Shown here piece by piece: positions 41,285 to 55,356 of a stretch of DNA of 64,000 nt (its first letter is position 1; each line of letters begins with the position of its first letter). The notes under the pieces were generated by a model. That model was not told the origin of the DNA. It ran no database searches and saw only the letters and a list, made by a program, of their open reading frames with translations. The DNA lies in NCBI GenBank assembly GCA_964035545.1, contig OZ037771.1, positions 3,793,628-3,857,627 on the forward strand, read 5' to 3'. Made by a program: the position numbers and the translations under genes. This DNA is from Bugula neritina (Eukaryota > Animalia > Bryozoa).

Positions 41285-41541
41285 TATAGTTACAAGTACC
41301 AAATACTAATACACGTCAACCTACGAGTTGCAGGTACTAAATACTAATACATATAAACCTATGAGTTGCTGGTACTAAATACTAATACATGTTAACCTAT
41401 GAGTTGCAGGTACTAAATACTAATACATATAAACCTACAAGTTGCAGGTACCAAATACTAATACAGGTCAACCTACGAGTTGCAGGTACTAAATACTAAC
41501 ACATGTCAACCTACGAGTTGCTGGTACTAAATACTAATACA
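41285..41541. repeat. ~37-bp minisatellite (AACCTACGAGTTGCAGGTACTAAATACTAATACATGT-like), ~7 copies
   Basis: Directly visible. Confidence 0.9.
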
Positions 41542-44187
41542 ATTAAAGCAGGAATAAGACTGACACTATAATGCATATAACAGATAGAATGATACAATTG
41601 TTAAGAATACAAGATATGATGAATCATGACAGCAGCATATACCATACTATGCTATAGTATATAGCCAATTCATGTATTGATTACTAACGTCAATGCCCTA
41701 ACTACTGATAAATGCATATTAATTCAATAGTTAGTATAACACTTCTTATGCATATGCATTTAGCGTGTAATGTTGGGTGACTCATACAATACTACAACCA
41801 CTACAGTGTACTGTAGTATAGCATACCACAGGCATCCAGTACACTGTAGTATACACTGCAGTATACACTGCAGTATACACTGTAGTATACACTGTAGTAT
41901 AGTATAACAGTACACTGCAATTTATATCAAGTAGTGCACATTATTGTAGTATTTCAAGTATGCAGAACATAATGTAGTATGCGGTATATCATTATAGCAT
42001 GTAGTATAAAGTGTATCATGCAGTGCTATGTTATAGTTGAATCAATACACTAAACTAAATGCAAGAGTTACCACACAATTCAACAGACAGCATATGCTTA
42101 TGTGAATCATTAAACAAACATTTTCTCCATTAGGTATTATTGATTAGCCCTTTGTTGAACATTTACGGTGTTGAAAATGAAAGTAAAACCAGGAAGCAGT
42201 TAGGAAATGAAATAAATATAAGCTTGACAGCAAGGTAACACTGTATACGTGCTTGTTATTTTGAATTTCGGAACATTGCAATTTGAAAGGTAGTACCCCT
42301 GATGAGGAAAAAATATGTTGATTACTGTAATAATATTAGGTTAGCAGTAATTAAGTTTATTCCATTATCTTTAATGAATTCCAAATTTAATATAATGTGA
42401 TAAATCTTTAGTAACACATTTTATTAAAAATCTATATATTCGTATCTATTACTTTAAAATTAGAAACTTATTCAGTAAATATTTTACATAAAAGCAAAAA
42501 GTAACTAGTGAGAATATTATAGTACGACAATTTGTACCTAAAAAGGTGCAGATCATATAGCATCTAACAATTATTTGCTAAGAAAGTTAAGCCTTTAAAG
42601 CCTTTAAATTGCAGAAGATGACTTTTTTAAATTAGGAAAGTCAAGTGTCTTGCACATTAACACATTATTTGTACTTTCAAAACCTTAATCAGACAATATT
42701 TTATTGCTAAAGCACAGACATAGAAGGAATAAAGCATCGGCTTTCTGATAACACAAGCTAATTGTTAGAAAACTTTAATCAAGTTTAATAAGCAGACTTA
42801 AACAGTATGTCACAAGTTGCATAAAGTGAGCCTTAGTACCTCAATTAAAGTTTAAATACAGTGACTCAGTTGATAAGGCTGAGGATTTTATTAAGAAACA
42901 GAAACAAGTTGAGACTAATCAATATGGCCATTACTTTTCATTTTATCGCTAGCAATAAAACAACAAAGTTACCACTCAGTGCAATTGATAGAGCATCAGC
43001 TTAATCAATAGCTGTTGCATGAAAAAGTTGTCAAAAGCTGAAGTGAAGCTCAAAATTATTAAATACATTAAATGATAATTGAAAAATAGAACAGCTCATA
43101 CAAAATATTTGGCAGTTAGATTAGGAGTGATTGCCTCATTTAAACAACTTTGCATGTCACAAATATTGGCTGTAGCAATTGTGATTGAAGAGCAAATATA
43201 GCATTTCAACTAAGTGATGGTAGCCTAAGCCAAGAACAATGAACTCTACAAATTCAACACCCACATGAGACTGAGTAAATAATTATTTCATGAAACTATT
43301 AAAACAAATAACTACGAAAAAACTAAGACAAGTGTGTAGCAAAATATTTACCACAAATTTCAATAACTGCAGACATCGACAAACTGAAAAACATTCACCA
43401 CCGATTTAAAAATAGTGCAGTCACAATAGACTAGGTCAATGGCTGAATTATGCTATGTTACCACTTGAAGTTGATGTTAATTAAATATTACTAACCTAAG
43501 TACAAATTATCAACACTCAAAAAAATCATTTTTAAACCTACTGGCTATAAGTATAAGTATTAGTATAACTATAACTATTAGTATTATAAATTAATAAAGT
43601 AAAAGTGACTCACTCTCTACTGACTACTCTCACTCTGCTATTTCACGAGAAAAAGTTTCAAACCACAGAGTTATACGTGTTATTGCAATTGCTTTTCTAA
43701 ATTAGGTATATAAATTTTATGCTATTATAACTATATGGTATGCTTATTTTTATCAATAATTATTCTGAACCTGATTTTAAGCTTCAATTTTTGTTAGTCA
43801 AGTTATACGGAAATCAATTTGAAATGGACATTGTGCTTTTATTTAAATACTAGTAAAATAATAATAAAGGTATTTGTGCGCACATTTTAAGTTAACATTT
43901 TAATTTTTATAATAATAAATAATTTAAATTAAAACAAAATGTATAACAAAAATATTGCAGTTGCTTTTAAGCATTGCGGATTTGTTTTTATAGTCTGTGA
44001 GCTGTAGTAATACCTCGAAGTTACGTGCTCTGAGCATAATAAATGTATATATAGCATATATACTTATAACACTACACTAGCTTTATTTTATAAACTTTTG
44101 CTATCATTTTTGTGTCAAGGATAAACAGTTGGCGATGAAATGAGTTTTAATTCATTCATAAAAGTCAAGTTATAGGTGTAGAACATT

Positions 44188-47100
44188 ATGGATGGCTCTG
44201 CAACCGTAGAACAGTTGAATGCTCAAAAAGAATTAGTTCGTAAATTGAAGCAAGCAGCTAAAGAAAATAAAAACGTTTCAAAAGAAGAGGTAGGTGACAC
44301 AAACATTTAATTGTGCATGTCGACTCTTTGATCTTTGAGTTTGAGGTAAAGTAAAGTACAACTAAACTCATAAAGTTAAACTATAAAAATAATCAATAAT
44401 CATAATTAATAATTATTAAAGTTAATCATAGCTAATAATAATTATAGTTTATGATAGTATGCATATTGTTATCAATCATGTTAAATTAAATAACTAACGT
44501 TTATCATTTATGTAGTAGTACTACTACTACTACTACTAGTACTACTACTACTAGTACAGTATCATACTCAGTGAGTATCAGTACCGGTACGAGTAGTAGT
44601 GTACTAGTAGTTGTTATACCCATGATTCTGTTCAACTTCATGTTCATGACATTCACATTGTGATGGAGTGATTGTAATTGTTAGATATTACTCATTAGTC
44701 ATTACATTTATAGTTTTACTGATTGGTCATTATGATCAGACTTACTTATTGCAGATTAGTCCTCAGTCTTGAACATAGTCATAGTGATAGTGATATGCAA
44801 TGAAAATGCATTGTACCTGCTAGTGCTATGCAACAACATTCGTTGTGTCTTGAGATTTATTTACATGCAGTTTACGTAGTAATCTGATACTAGTGGCTGA
44901 TAGCTAGGTACTGTTTCATTTGTCCACAATACAGCTGTTGTGATCCTGAAGATTCATTCAAAGACGTTTTCTTATTCTCATTTCAATCACCTGTCAACTC
45001 CACAAACCGAATAATGAAATCTATTGGTCGTCTGCTGTTTGCCTCTTTGAAACAATGTGTTCACCGCCGTGTATCTGTAATGAACATGACATCTATAACA
45101 ACTGAACTACAAATTGAACAGGTGGGGAAACATGATACATTCTTTGCTGAGCCGTGATATAGTTTCAGCTATAAGCATTTTGTCACCTTGCACTATTATG
45201 GCAACCAAGTCTACTCCACTTTCAGATTGATCGGGAAGTGAAAAAGCTTCTAGAACTAAAAGCACAGTTGGAAGAAACTGTAACTTCTAAACACTTTGTT
45301 CTTAAAGCCCCTAAGGTTGGTATTATACCTACCCTAAAGTTTCTAGAAACAAGTCTACAACATCCTGATCTGCTGTTGTCCCTCCGTTCTGGTGACAGAT
45401 GCATCGCTCACATTTCAACTGTGTGTATGGGTGTTAGTGTGGCTGTGGCTGCACCATCTTTTCGTGGGATCGTATCTCATGCTAATATATTAGATAGAAG
45501 CTACTGTTTCTTTCGTTTAAAGTATTTTACTTGTGTTTTACTCAGTGTCTTTGGTATATTAAATTTAAAACCTGGTTATCTCATAATTACATATAAATAG
45601 CAAGGCCTCTAAATATCTACAACAATATTATTATATTGTATCACTTTTAATATACTATTTTATGTGTCAAGAGTTGTCTGATTTTTAATACGGTTTTGTT
45701 TTATTCTGTAGATGTAATTGTCTTTCTAATTGATTTTTTGTTTGTCGCAGGGCACTAGAGATTATGGCCCGGATAAGATGGCAATACGTGAGAAGGTGTT
45801 TGACGTAGTTGTTGGCACATTTAAACGTCATGGGGCTGAGACTATAGATACTCCAGTGTTTGAGCTAAAAGATACGCTCACCGGAAAATACGGGGAAGAC
45901 AGCAAGTTGATATACGATTTAAAAGATCAGGGAGGAGAACTCCTAGGTATGTTGTGTTGTAACTTTTTCACTTTGTAGGAGCCATGTTGAGTGCATTAGA
46001 CATGCTGTTATGGGCTTACTAATTGTATTGAACTGGCTTACCTTGTTTACAAGTCTTGTCTTTTTGATGAGTCAACGTGTTTCGCTTAATTTCACTCTAC
46101 ATAAAAATAACTAACCCTCTCTGGGGCACATCTCCCTGTGAGTCTAAGTATGAGATCAGCTTTCAAGCTGCTACTTGAGTATAGTTGAAATTATTTTTTT
46201 TCCAATTCTTCAAGTTGAGGTTTTAAGTGCGTCTTATGTTGTCAAGCTGACAAATCTTTAGTTGTGAACCCACGTCCTACAGTATTTGGTTAGAATACTC
46301 AACTAGACTACACAGTAGGGAGTTATGTGCACATGTTCAAGTGTTTGACTTTTCAATACCAAATTGATTTAGATTTAGTAGTTTCGTAACATGGAGTCAC
46401 TTGCAAAATACTTGAGATTTATCCAGTTCTTAAAATTATTTGTTAAATACAATTTAATACTATGGTTACCATGGAAACCAAATCGCAAATTAATTGTTCA
46501 CAATGTGATTTGATGAGCTTGTTTCAAAAAAGGGAGATCATTAAAAATAACTCAACGTATAACAGCTATAGTGCAGCTTCTATACAGGGTGTAGAATTTC
46601 TCTCCTAATTGATTCCCATATCTGCTTGTAGCCCTGCGCTATGATTTGACTGTTCCGTTTGCAAGATATCTTGCCATGAATAAAATAAAGAACATAAAAA
46701 GATACCATATTGCTAAGGTCTACAGGAGAGACCAGCCACAGATGACAAAGGGAAGATACAGAGAGTTCTTTCAATGCGTATGTATCTTCATGATTCTCTC
46801 TGCACTCTACATCAAGTCATTCTTCAACTTCCTTCTTTTTCTTCTGCATAACATTATTCATAACCCTTAGAAATGACAATATGAGTAGCTTATAGAAATA
46901 ACAATGTGTGTGCTAGAAGTTTTAGTTAGCCTAGCCTAAAAATAAGTTCCATATTTTCTATCTAATTGTCTTTTTTCTGGTCACTAGTGTGTATACTTGA
47001 AAAATCTGACATTAATATGTTTTTTATATTTTATAGCTTTGCTAATGTAAGTAGCAGTTTGGGGAGTTATGGCCTCTTATTTGGAATACTCCAGCTTCTC

Positions 47101-49446
47101 TGTAACCTCACCATGTGTACATATATGTAGTTAATCAACTGATATCTTATGTATGTGCACCTACACTCTTTTCTGACATTGTTATGTAGGATTTTGACAT
47201 CGCTGGCACGTATGACGCAATGATACCAGATGTGGAGTGTGTGCGCATTGTCTATGAAATTCTTTCTAAACTGGAAGTTGGAAACTTTGCTGTCAAAGTA
47301 AGTATTGAGGTGTCAGCATACCAGTAGCGGGTGTCAACATGTAACATGCTGCCTAGCAGTGTACACTATGCAGGTAAAAAGATGCTTGCCTTTCAGTATT
47401 TTTTATTTACTTTCATGATTATCATTTTTATAGTCTGTTTAAATTAGAACAGTCTGTTTTATATGTTGAAAGAGTGTAAATGAGGCATGCTCTATGAATC
47501 GAAGACTTGAAGTATACATTTAAATGCACTTTTCTTCACTGGGTGAACACCACACAGTGAACTCTGAACTGAATTTTTTCTCTCTGTAGCTAGTCTTGAG
47601 AGTTGCCTCACTTCTAGTTATAGTACTGAGCAGTTTTGTATAACCCTAAAGGTTGGAGCGTGTATTGATGAGAACATCTCATATTCTGTCTGCCATGTAC
47701 AGGTGAACCACAGGCAGATCCTGGATGGTATGTTCAGAGTATGTGGTGTGCCCAGCGATAAGTTCCGGAGTATTTGCTCCTCGGTGGATAAACTTGATAA
47801 GCTGCCGTGGGAAGAGGTCAGGCAGGAAATGGTTAATGAGAAAGGCTTAGACGACGCGGCAGCTGACCGTATCGGAGAGTACGTCAAGCTGAGTGGTAGG
47901 TGGCTCTATGAATGGTTTAATGTTCCGGGTTTTGTTTTTATATTATAAGTGAATAGAACGTGTCTAATATACTATACACTATACACATCTCTTTGCATTG
48001 TATTACCATATACATGTTCATATTGAAATGATGTGTTTGCCCTCTGTTTGCTCTAAGGTGGCATGGATCTGATAGAAACACTCAAACATGACTCTCAGAT
48101 GATGGCCGACAAAGACTGTATTTCTGGTATCAGCGATATGGAGACTCTACTTGAGTATTGTGACTTGTACGGGGTTCAAGACAAGGTAAGGTGCTCAGTC
48201 TAATTTCTACAATGAGCATTTCTAAGTTGTTGGTAAGGCTTGATTTGCTTGAGTTATCATCACTTGTCACCATTTAGACGATTATCTACTGTTATAGTCT
48301 GGTGAAGTGAAATTGTTAAGGCTTAAAGGTTGCATATATTCTGGTTTATTCACTGAAACTTTGCGTGTCGTTTCAGGTGGTATTTGATCTCAGTTTAGCC
48401 CGAGGCCTAGATTACTACACGGGAGTAATTTATGAGGCGGTACTAAAGGGTGTCCAGATAGATGGTGAAGAAGTATCCGTAGGGAGTGTGGCCGGCGGTG
48501 GGCGATATGATGGTCTCGTTGGCATGTTTGATTCTAAAAGTATGTGTCTACTTCAGCAGTAGTGTTGGGCTTGTGATTCATAGTTATGTCCAACTTGTGA
48601 AATTCGTTTATCCAAGCTTAGTAGGAGTTGCCCTTTCGTAAAAACTAAAAACCTCATTCTAAATAGCTGAGTGAACTCTTTCAGGGTTTATTAAAAGTGT
48701 CCCATGTAACTCATTTTTGTAAGCAATTAAAATTACCAATTGTATGTTATTTTCAATTAAACAAATGCTGTAGAATTGCATAAAATGTTGGTAGGTTTCC
48801 CAATAAATCAGTTGTAGTTAGCATGACACTCAATTATCTTATAAACTACATTTATACAGATGCCATAAAGTTTTTTGTTATCAGCTGCGTATACTTTGAT
48901 TCTGAACTAGAAGACAACTCCCATCGAGTTTTGAAAACGTTTCCTTCTAAGCTGTGTAATAAAACTAAGGACGTCTGCAAGTCTCATATTTGTTTCAGTT
49001 GGCGCAGCTCAGTTTTCGACTAAATGTGCTCGTGTAGTAATATGTACGTCATTTCACTGCAGATAAAGTGCCGTGTGTGGGCGTTAGTATCGGCATAGAA
49101 CGTCTCTTCTCTATTCTGGAGCAGAAGAATGCCAAGTCTTCCACTAAAATCAGATCTCGAGACACTGAGGTCTACGTGGTGTCTGCTCACAAGGGTCTTG
49201 TGCAGGAGAGGATGAAACTGGTGACCATGTTGTGGGACTCGAATATAAAGGTGAGCTTACTTGTTATATAATCACCATTACTGTCACTAGCTAGTACTAA
49301 TACTGCTACTGCTACTACTACTACTACTGCTACTAATACTACTGCTACTACTACTACTGCTGCTACTACTAATACTACTACTACTACTAGTCCTACTTCT
49401 GCTGCTACTACTACTACTACTACTACTACTAATACTACTGCTACTG

Positions 49447-49484
<38 letters not shown>

Positions 49485-49989
49485 GCTGCTACTACTACTA
49501 CTGCTACTACTACTACTACCTACTGCTACTACTACTACTAATACTGCTACTACTACTGCTGCTGCTACTACTACTATCTTTTATCCCGGCATCTAGACTG
49601 AACACTCCTATAAAAAGAACCCAAAGATACTGGTGCAACTGCAAGAGTGCGAATCTGCCGGTATACCTTTAGCAGTTGTGATTGGTGGAAACGAGATAGA
49701 AAGGGGCGTGGTTAAACTCCGAGACGTTGAGCTTCGTGAAGAGGTATGCCATGTTTGTTGGAGTAAAATAATGTCATTGCAGAAATTATAGTCATGTTTA
49801 GAGTATTATGGGCTAATCCAATAGAACTTTGACACTGTGAAGGCTAAGGTTTTCGTGGAATAATGGCGTATGTTATTTATAAGTTGATTTTATCATATTA
49901 GTTGTCATGAAAGTTAATGTTTATTTTAGGTTGAGGTTCCCAAAGACGATTTAATAGCAGAAATCCGTAAGAGATTGAATAGTTCATGA
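44188..49989 (+). CDS. HARS1: Histidyl-tRNA synthetase with N-terminal WHEP domain, 11 coding exons, 506 aa
   Basis: Exons 44188-44289, 45226-45315, 45751-45946, 46632-46777, 47190-47297, 47703-47895, 48058-48185, 48377-48539, 49063-49250, 49597-49743, 49930-49989 (1521 nt). Motifs [59 protein letters not shown]. Confidence 0.97.
45014..45121 (+). CDS. Candidate alternative first coding exon of HARS encoding a mitochondrial targeting peptide
   Basis: ATG-initiated 36-codon [39 protein letters not shown] ends at CAG|GTGGGG, in phase 0 with exon 45226. Basic, hydroxylated and free of acidic residues for 30 aa. Confidence 0.7.
49288..49576. repeat. (CTA/CTG)n trinucleotide microsatellite, HARS intron 9
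   Basis: Directly visible. Confidence 0.95.
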
Positions 49990-51383
49990 TGTTCAGGCTT
50001 CAATGTACTATTTTAGGTACTTAAATTATGTGTTATTGTATTTTATAGTAAATTTTTGTTGTCTCTATACAATATAAAGTGCATTCAAAACAAGAATAAC
50101 GTCCTGACCTTGATTTTATTATACTTACAGTAAGTGCATGTAGGTAGATATTTCAAAGTAGTTTATAACCTGCAGTTTTGGTAACATTTCTCTTGTAAAA
50201 TAATGAGTAGATAACTCTTGAGCTTGTGACAATGTAACAATATATCATTAGTGAATAGGCACATTATAACATTGAAGTCTGCTAGCATACTACATGTGTG
50301 TATATATAGTATGCTTATATTATATTACAAGATTTAGTCCAATGTAGCACTACAGCTAAATGAGGGTTTTTATTGCCAACAGAGAAAGTTGCAAGTGACC
50401 ATTCACTACAAGTGGGGTAAAATGTACAGTAAGGTAAATCTAGTATGACAACAGTAGAAATATAATAGTATGGCCACAGTGAAAGTGAAATCTGTAGAAA
50501 ATAAGTTGCCTTATTAAATCTCTCAGTGAAATCTTATGGCGGTGATGTTAGCAGAACTAAACAGTGCAGTATTTTGTATAGATTATAGAACCTATATTTA
50601 AGCCTCATGGAGGCTCAGGTTTATAAGATAATCGTTTTGTAGATTCAAATTGATTTTATTTCTTCTTCGTATAACAGTATGGCATTTGAACATTTTCTAA
50701 GCTTTCTCTTTGTGATGTTAGTATATAGCAGTTCCAGAGACTTATTATGGCACCGTAAAGTTAAAATAAGTAAAATAATGAATATTAGCAAATACTCACA
50801 CTTGTAGAAATTTTATATCTATATTATGTAAAATATAATAATTTTATAGTAGTGTATGCAAGTTTATATAGTAGACTACATAAAGTTAGAAATATTCCAT
50901 TGATTATAGATAGAATTAAGTAGGCTATGTCATGATGTATTAGTTTAGATGCAATAGCCACAGTGAAGTATAGTAGTTCTGAATGAAAATTCCCTTTATG
51001 GATATTTAATCACAAAGAGGTAAATGTTTTAAAACTAAGTGTTCATTTGAAGCTAACTCCGGTCATCTAGTATCATTAGTATCTAGTATCATTATTTATA
51101 ATTGTGTAGGCAAGCAGATGAGATAAACTATTAGCTTTTGACGAGTCTCAAATGTTACAAAAACGGCAGCCTTTATTGATATATTAAATAAAAACCCAAG
51201 CAGCAGTATCCATATCAGCAGCATGCTTGTAGGGGTCATAGTTCAATGGTAACAGTCCAAGATTCTACACCAGATCCATGGACTTTAGTAGGTGGCCAGC
51301 TTCTTAGAGTTTCATTAATATGCACAACTAATCAATATATAAAATTAAATTGTGTAAGCAGCATGTAGCAATTAGAGAGGGGT

Positions 51384-54300
51384 TCAAACTTGTGTACTTG
51401 TACTATAGTCTTTGGCAAGTCGGCAGTGAAAGTCATACATGGCGTGTTCAAGTCTTGGCGAGTATCGGCCGTCCACAAAAGTCTTGGATCTCATCCCTTT
51501 TTGTACCCTTTCACATATTTCAGTATCTTCTTCCTGAACTTTAATACTAAAATATAATATATATATAATAATAAATAATAAATATCTATATATAATAATA
51601 ATAATAATAAATATAATATATTGTTTTAATAAGTGTTGAATTTAAATCTCAACTAGTTGGTAACATTTCTAGGCAAGCGTATACAACTCCCATTATATGC
51701 AAGTAGGTTATTAAACTAGTGAGTTCAAGATTCACATTTACCACAGAGGTGTCTAGTATTATTTTAAACATTCGAGAGTTGTCTTTCACTTGTTTAGGGA
51801 ACCTATCTAGATGTTTTAGAAATCAAAAATGTGTTGGACCATGTCCAAATATGAATATAATTACATCAGAATGCCGAAAAGCCAAAACATGTCGAAGTAT
51901 AATATAGCAAAAAGTCATACAACAGTGTGGTATAATTTACAGTTTTATGCCAGAAATAACTTGTAGTTATTAATAAAAACGCTCAAAAAGTATTTTAAGC
52001 TATTCCACTGACCTATCTGCCAGGCTCTCAGCAATTAGCTTTTTTCTTTCTATTTCACCCAATCCATCGTGGAAATCAGTATCCAGAAACCAATCAAAAA
52101 GCACGTCACATGTCTGAGGCCCAGTTGGTAGCACATAGTTAATGTCAAGCCAATGACCTGCACAGAATAATATGAATGGCATTTTCACTGGAAGAGATGG
52201 CTGAAGCTATAGTCTGATAACAAACTTTAAACTTTAATGTTGAGAGAAATAAAAAATATTTCTATCTTTTCTGTTTGGGGTCAGACATGGAGACATAGTA
52301 TATAATTTAAAACTTTATTTTAAAATTACATTTCAACAAGCTTGCTATGTAATTTCAACCTTTAATATTTGCATTATTTACAAGCAAGAACACTTCTTGA
52401 TCTTAAAAGAATTTGTGTCAACACTACATATGTACAGCTTCTGCCATTTATTGTTAGTAAAACTTCTCAACAAATCAACACTTTAAACCCCAGCTAACTA
52501 GCAAACTCTTTTTTTAGTTTTAAGTGATCTAGATGATTTAGGATTCTTAAAAGCACTTTATATTTTTACAAGAAATTAAGGAAAACACTAGAAATAATAT
52601 TATTTAATTGGAATATTAATAATTGCTAGCTATATTTTTGCAAGACAATTCTGTTAAACAGTGGTTATTCTCTCTAACAATAACTTATCAAACTGAGTCC
52701 ATGACGATTCATAAGATGAAATACAATATTAAATTTTAAATGTGTAACAAATAATTTAGTTTGAAGATAATTTAAGGCACAGGCATATGACTTAACATTA
52801 CATTTTGCTTGGTACAGATATCATTACTTCATTTAATAAACTGAAACTAAGCTAAGCAGCAATCTTTATCACTGTGTCTAAATAAATACTGAAACAGACA
52901 ATCAGTTGTTCTGCTCACTCACCATATCTATTTATGAATAGGTTGGGGTAGATATGAGCATATAAGGACTGTGTGCCAACACGGCTATCAGAGTTGTTCC
53001 CTCCTGTTGTCTGGATGGAAAACCCATCATATACCTCAGTACTATAAGTACCACTTTCCAGTAGATCATTGAGTCCTGTGTGACATACTGGTACGTGGTA
53101 ACCTCCGTCCAGATAATTGTCTATGACAACCTGCAAGTACATCAATTGAAGACCACATATCGAGACAATGTAGAAAGCACCAGCACTGAATCAGGTAGAA
53201 GCCTAAGAAACAACACTCTCTCAGTCTCACAAATGCAAACTGGCATATTAGCTTATAGTTTATATATAAGCACATGTGCTTACAAGCTATAAGTCATAAA
53301 GTACAGCATGCTTTTTTTGAATACGAGTATAACTTGGCAAGAAGTAAACCGCCCTTCTGTCTCATTTCCACAAAGTCAATTCACAGCAAAAATACAAACT
53401 CATAGCAAAATTGGTTTCCTAACACAATAGATAAAAGCTCATTCCACACTGCTAAGCAGATTGATGCTACAAAGATTCAACTGAGCTACTAATGGCATGT
53501 TATTTTCTTCATCTTATGGTTACAAACCTTCCAGTTACAGTTAAGAGGAAAGGTTTTGCTGCCAACGTGTGTGAGTTTATCTTCCTCACAACCGAGCGCT
53601 TTTAGCCGCTGCCGTAATTCTTCCATCTGGTGGTGGAACTGTGAGACGTCAGCCTCAGTGTCTTGATTCAGGAACAGAGACCCGAACCAGTTGGTCCCAG
53701 AGAACTTCTTCAGTCCATAATTCCTTACTAAAACAATCCTATGGCTGTGACTAATTTGAAAGAAAATAGTAAGTTAAATATTTTGGTTAGCAAATGGCAA
53801 GTCACACATATACAGTTTGGTTTTATTTTAAGCACCATTCTTTCTGTGGCAATCAAGTAGGCCTAGCTAGTAATTACTATTTTATCCTGATTATAATAAA
53901 TACATGTATATAATACAGCACAGTACAGTAGAATATAGCATATTACAGTATATATTACAGTACAGGATAATACAGTATAAGGATGTAAATACCCTTATAC
54001 CACTGTGCTTTTTGCTATTTTATTGCCAAGCAAAGAAATACTATAATTAAAAGTATACATATACCTCGCTGAATTACTACACCGATCTAGATAATTTGTT
54101 TGCAAGAGATGACAATCTCTAATACATTGTCAATGAAATAATTATAATACAGAGTACATTAACATACTTCAAGTAAATTGACAAGTAACAGAGCTGTATT
54201 CAAATATCTAGCTAATGGCAAAGTTGAACTCACCTGAGAAATCTTCTATTCCTTTGAGTCGTTTAGCACCTGTCAACCTTCCATCCAAAGCATATTTCCA

Positions 54301-55159
54301 CGCATGGTAAGGGCAGACAAATTCTTTCGCATAACCTAAATATTCATAAATAACTAAACACTTCACTAATATACTGAGAAAATTTATCCACAGCAGTGCA
54401 GGGGCTGAGCAATTACCTTAGCAATGTGTAGTAAAACCAAACTCAATAGTGAACATGTTTTCATGTCACTCAAGTTTCAAACTCCAAGCAAATGATTAAC
54501 ATATAGAGCATCAGTTACAAATGGGCAGACGACTCTAAGTGTAATGCAACTATTTGCAGCTTGTAAATTTTTATGGTAACGAAAAAACAAGTTTTGGTAT
54601 GACAAGTGTCACTTGTGCAGAGACTGCTTGCGGGAGAGTTGGGATGTGCTATCTGCCAATATAGAAACCAACTTCCTTTACATAACAGTCATATTTAAAG
54701 TGCATTTGAACTGGTAAAGTGCATGCCATATTTTACTGACTCTTCCACATTTTAAAATAGTTTTGGCAAAAGTTGGTGGGTACTTGGCATATAAGAGCAA
54801 GAAATAAGAGCACTAGCTTGACTTTAGTTGTTCATAAATACTGGATTATCTCCCCATGTTGTACTCAACTAATAGGCTCCGTGTATAATACAGGTTAACA
54901 GCAAACCTTTTGGTGTATCACACAGCAAAGTACCATGGTGTCTGCAGATGTTATAGAAATAGTGAATTCTATCCGGGGTATCTTTCCCAATGAGATATGG
55001 TTCATCGCCAAGGAAACCTGCTCAGCATACATAAAAAGGAGAAGGTTAACATCTTAGCTTATGCTTTTGGTAGTGGAAGTGGCAGCAGCAGCAGCAGCAG
55101 CAGCAGTAGCAATGGTAGTAGTAGTTGTAGCAGTAGTAGTAGTAGCTAGTAGTAGTAGC

Positions 55160-55197
<38 letters not shown>

Positions 55198-55309
55198 CAG
55201 TAGTAGTAGTAGTAGTAGCAGCAGTAGTATCAGTGGCAGTAGTAGTAGCAGTAGTAGTAGCAGTAGTAGTAGCAGTAGTAGTAGCAGTAGTAGTAGCAGT
55301 AGTAGTAGC

Positions 55310-55356
<47 letters not shown>

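Noticed and set aside
14602-41541. Minisatellites as possible CRISPR-like arrays
   Set aside because: Head-to-tail repeats without unique spacers, in eukaryotic introns.
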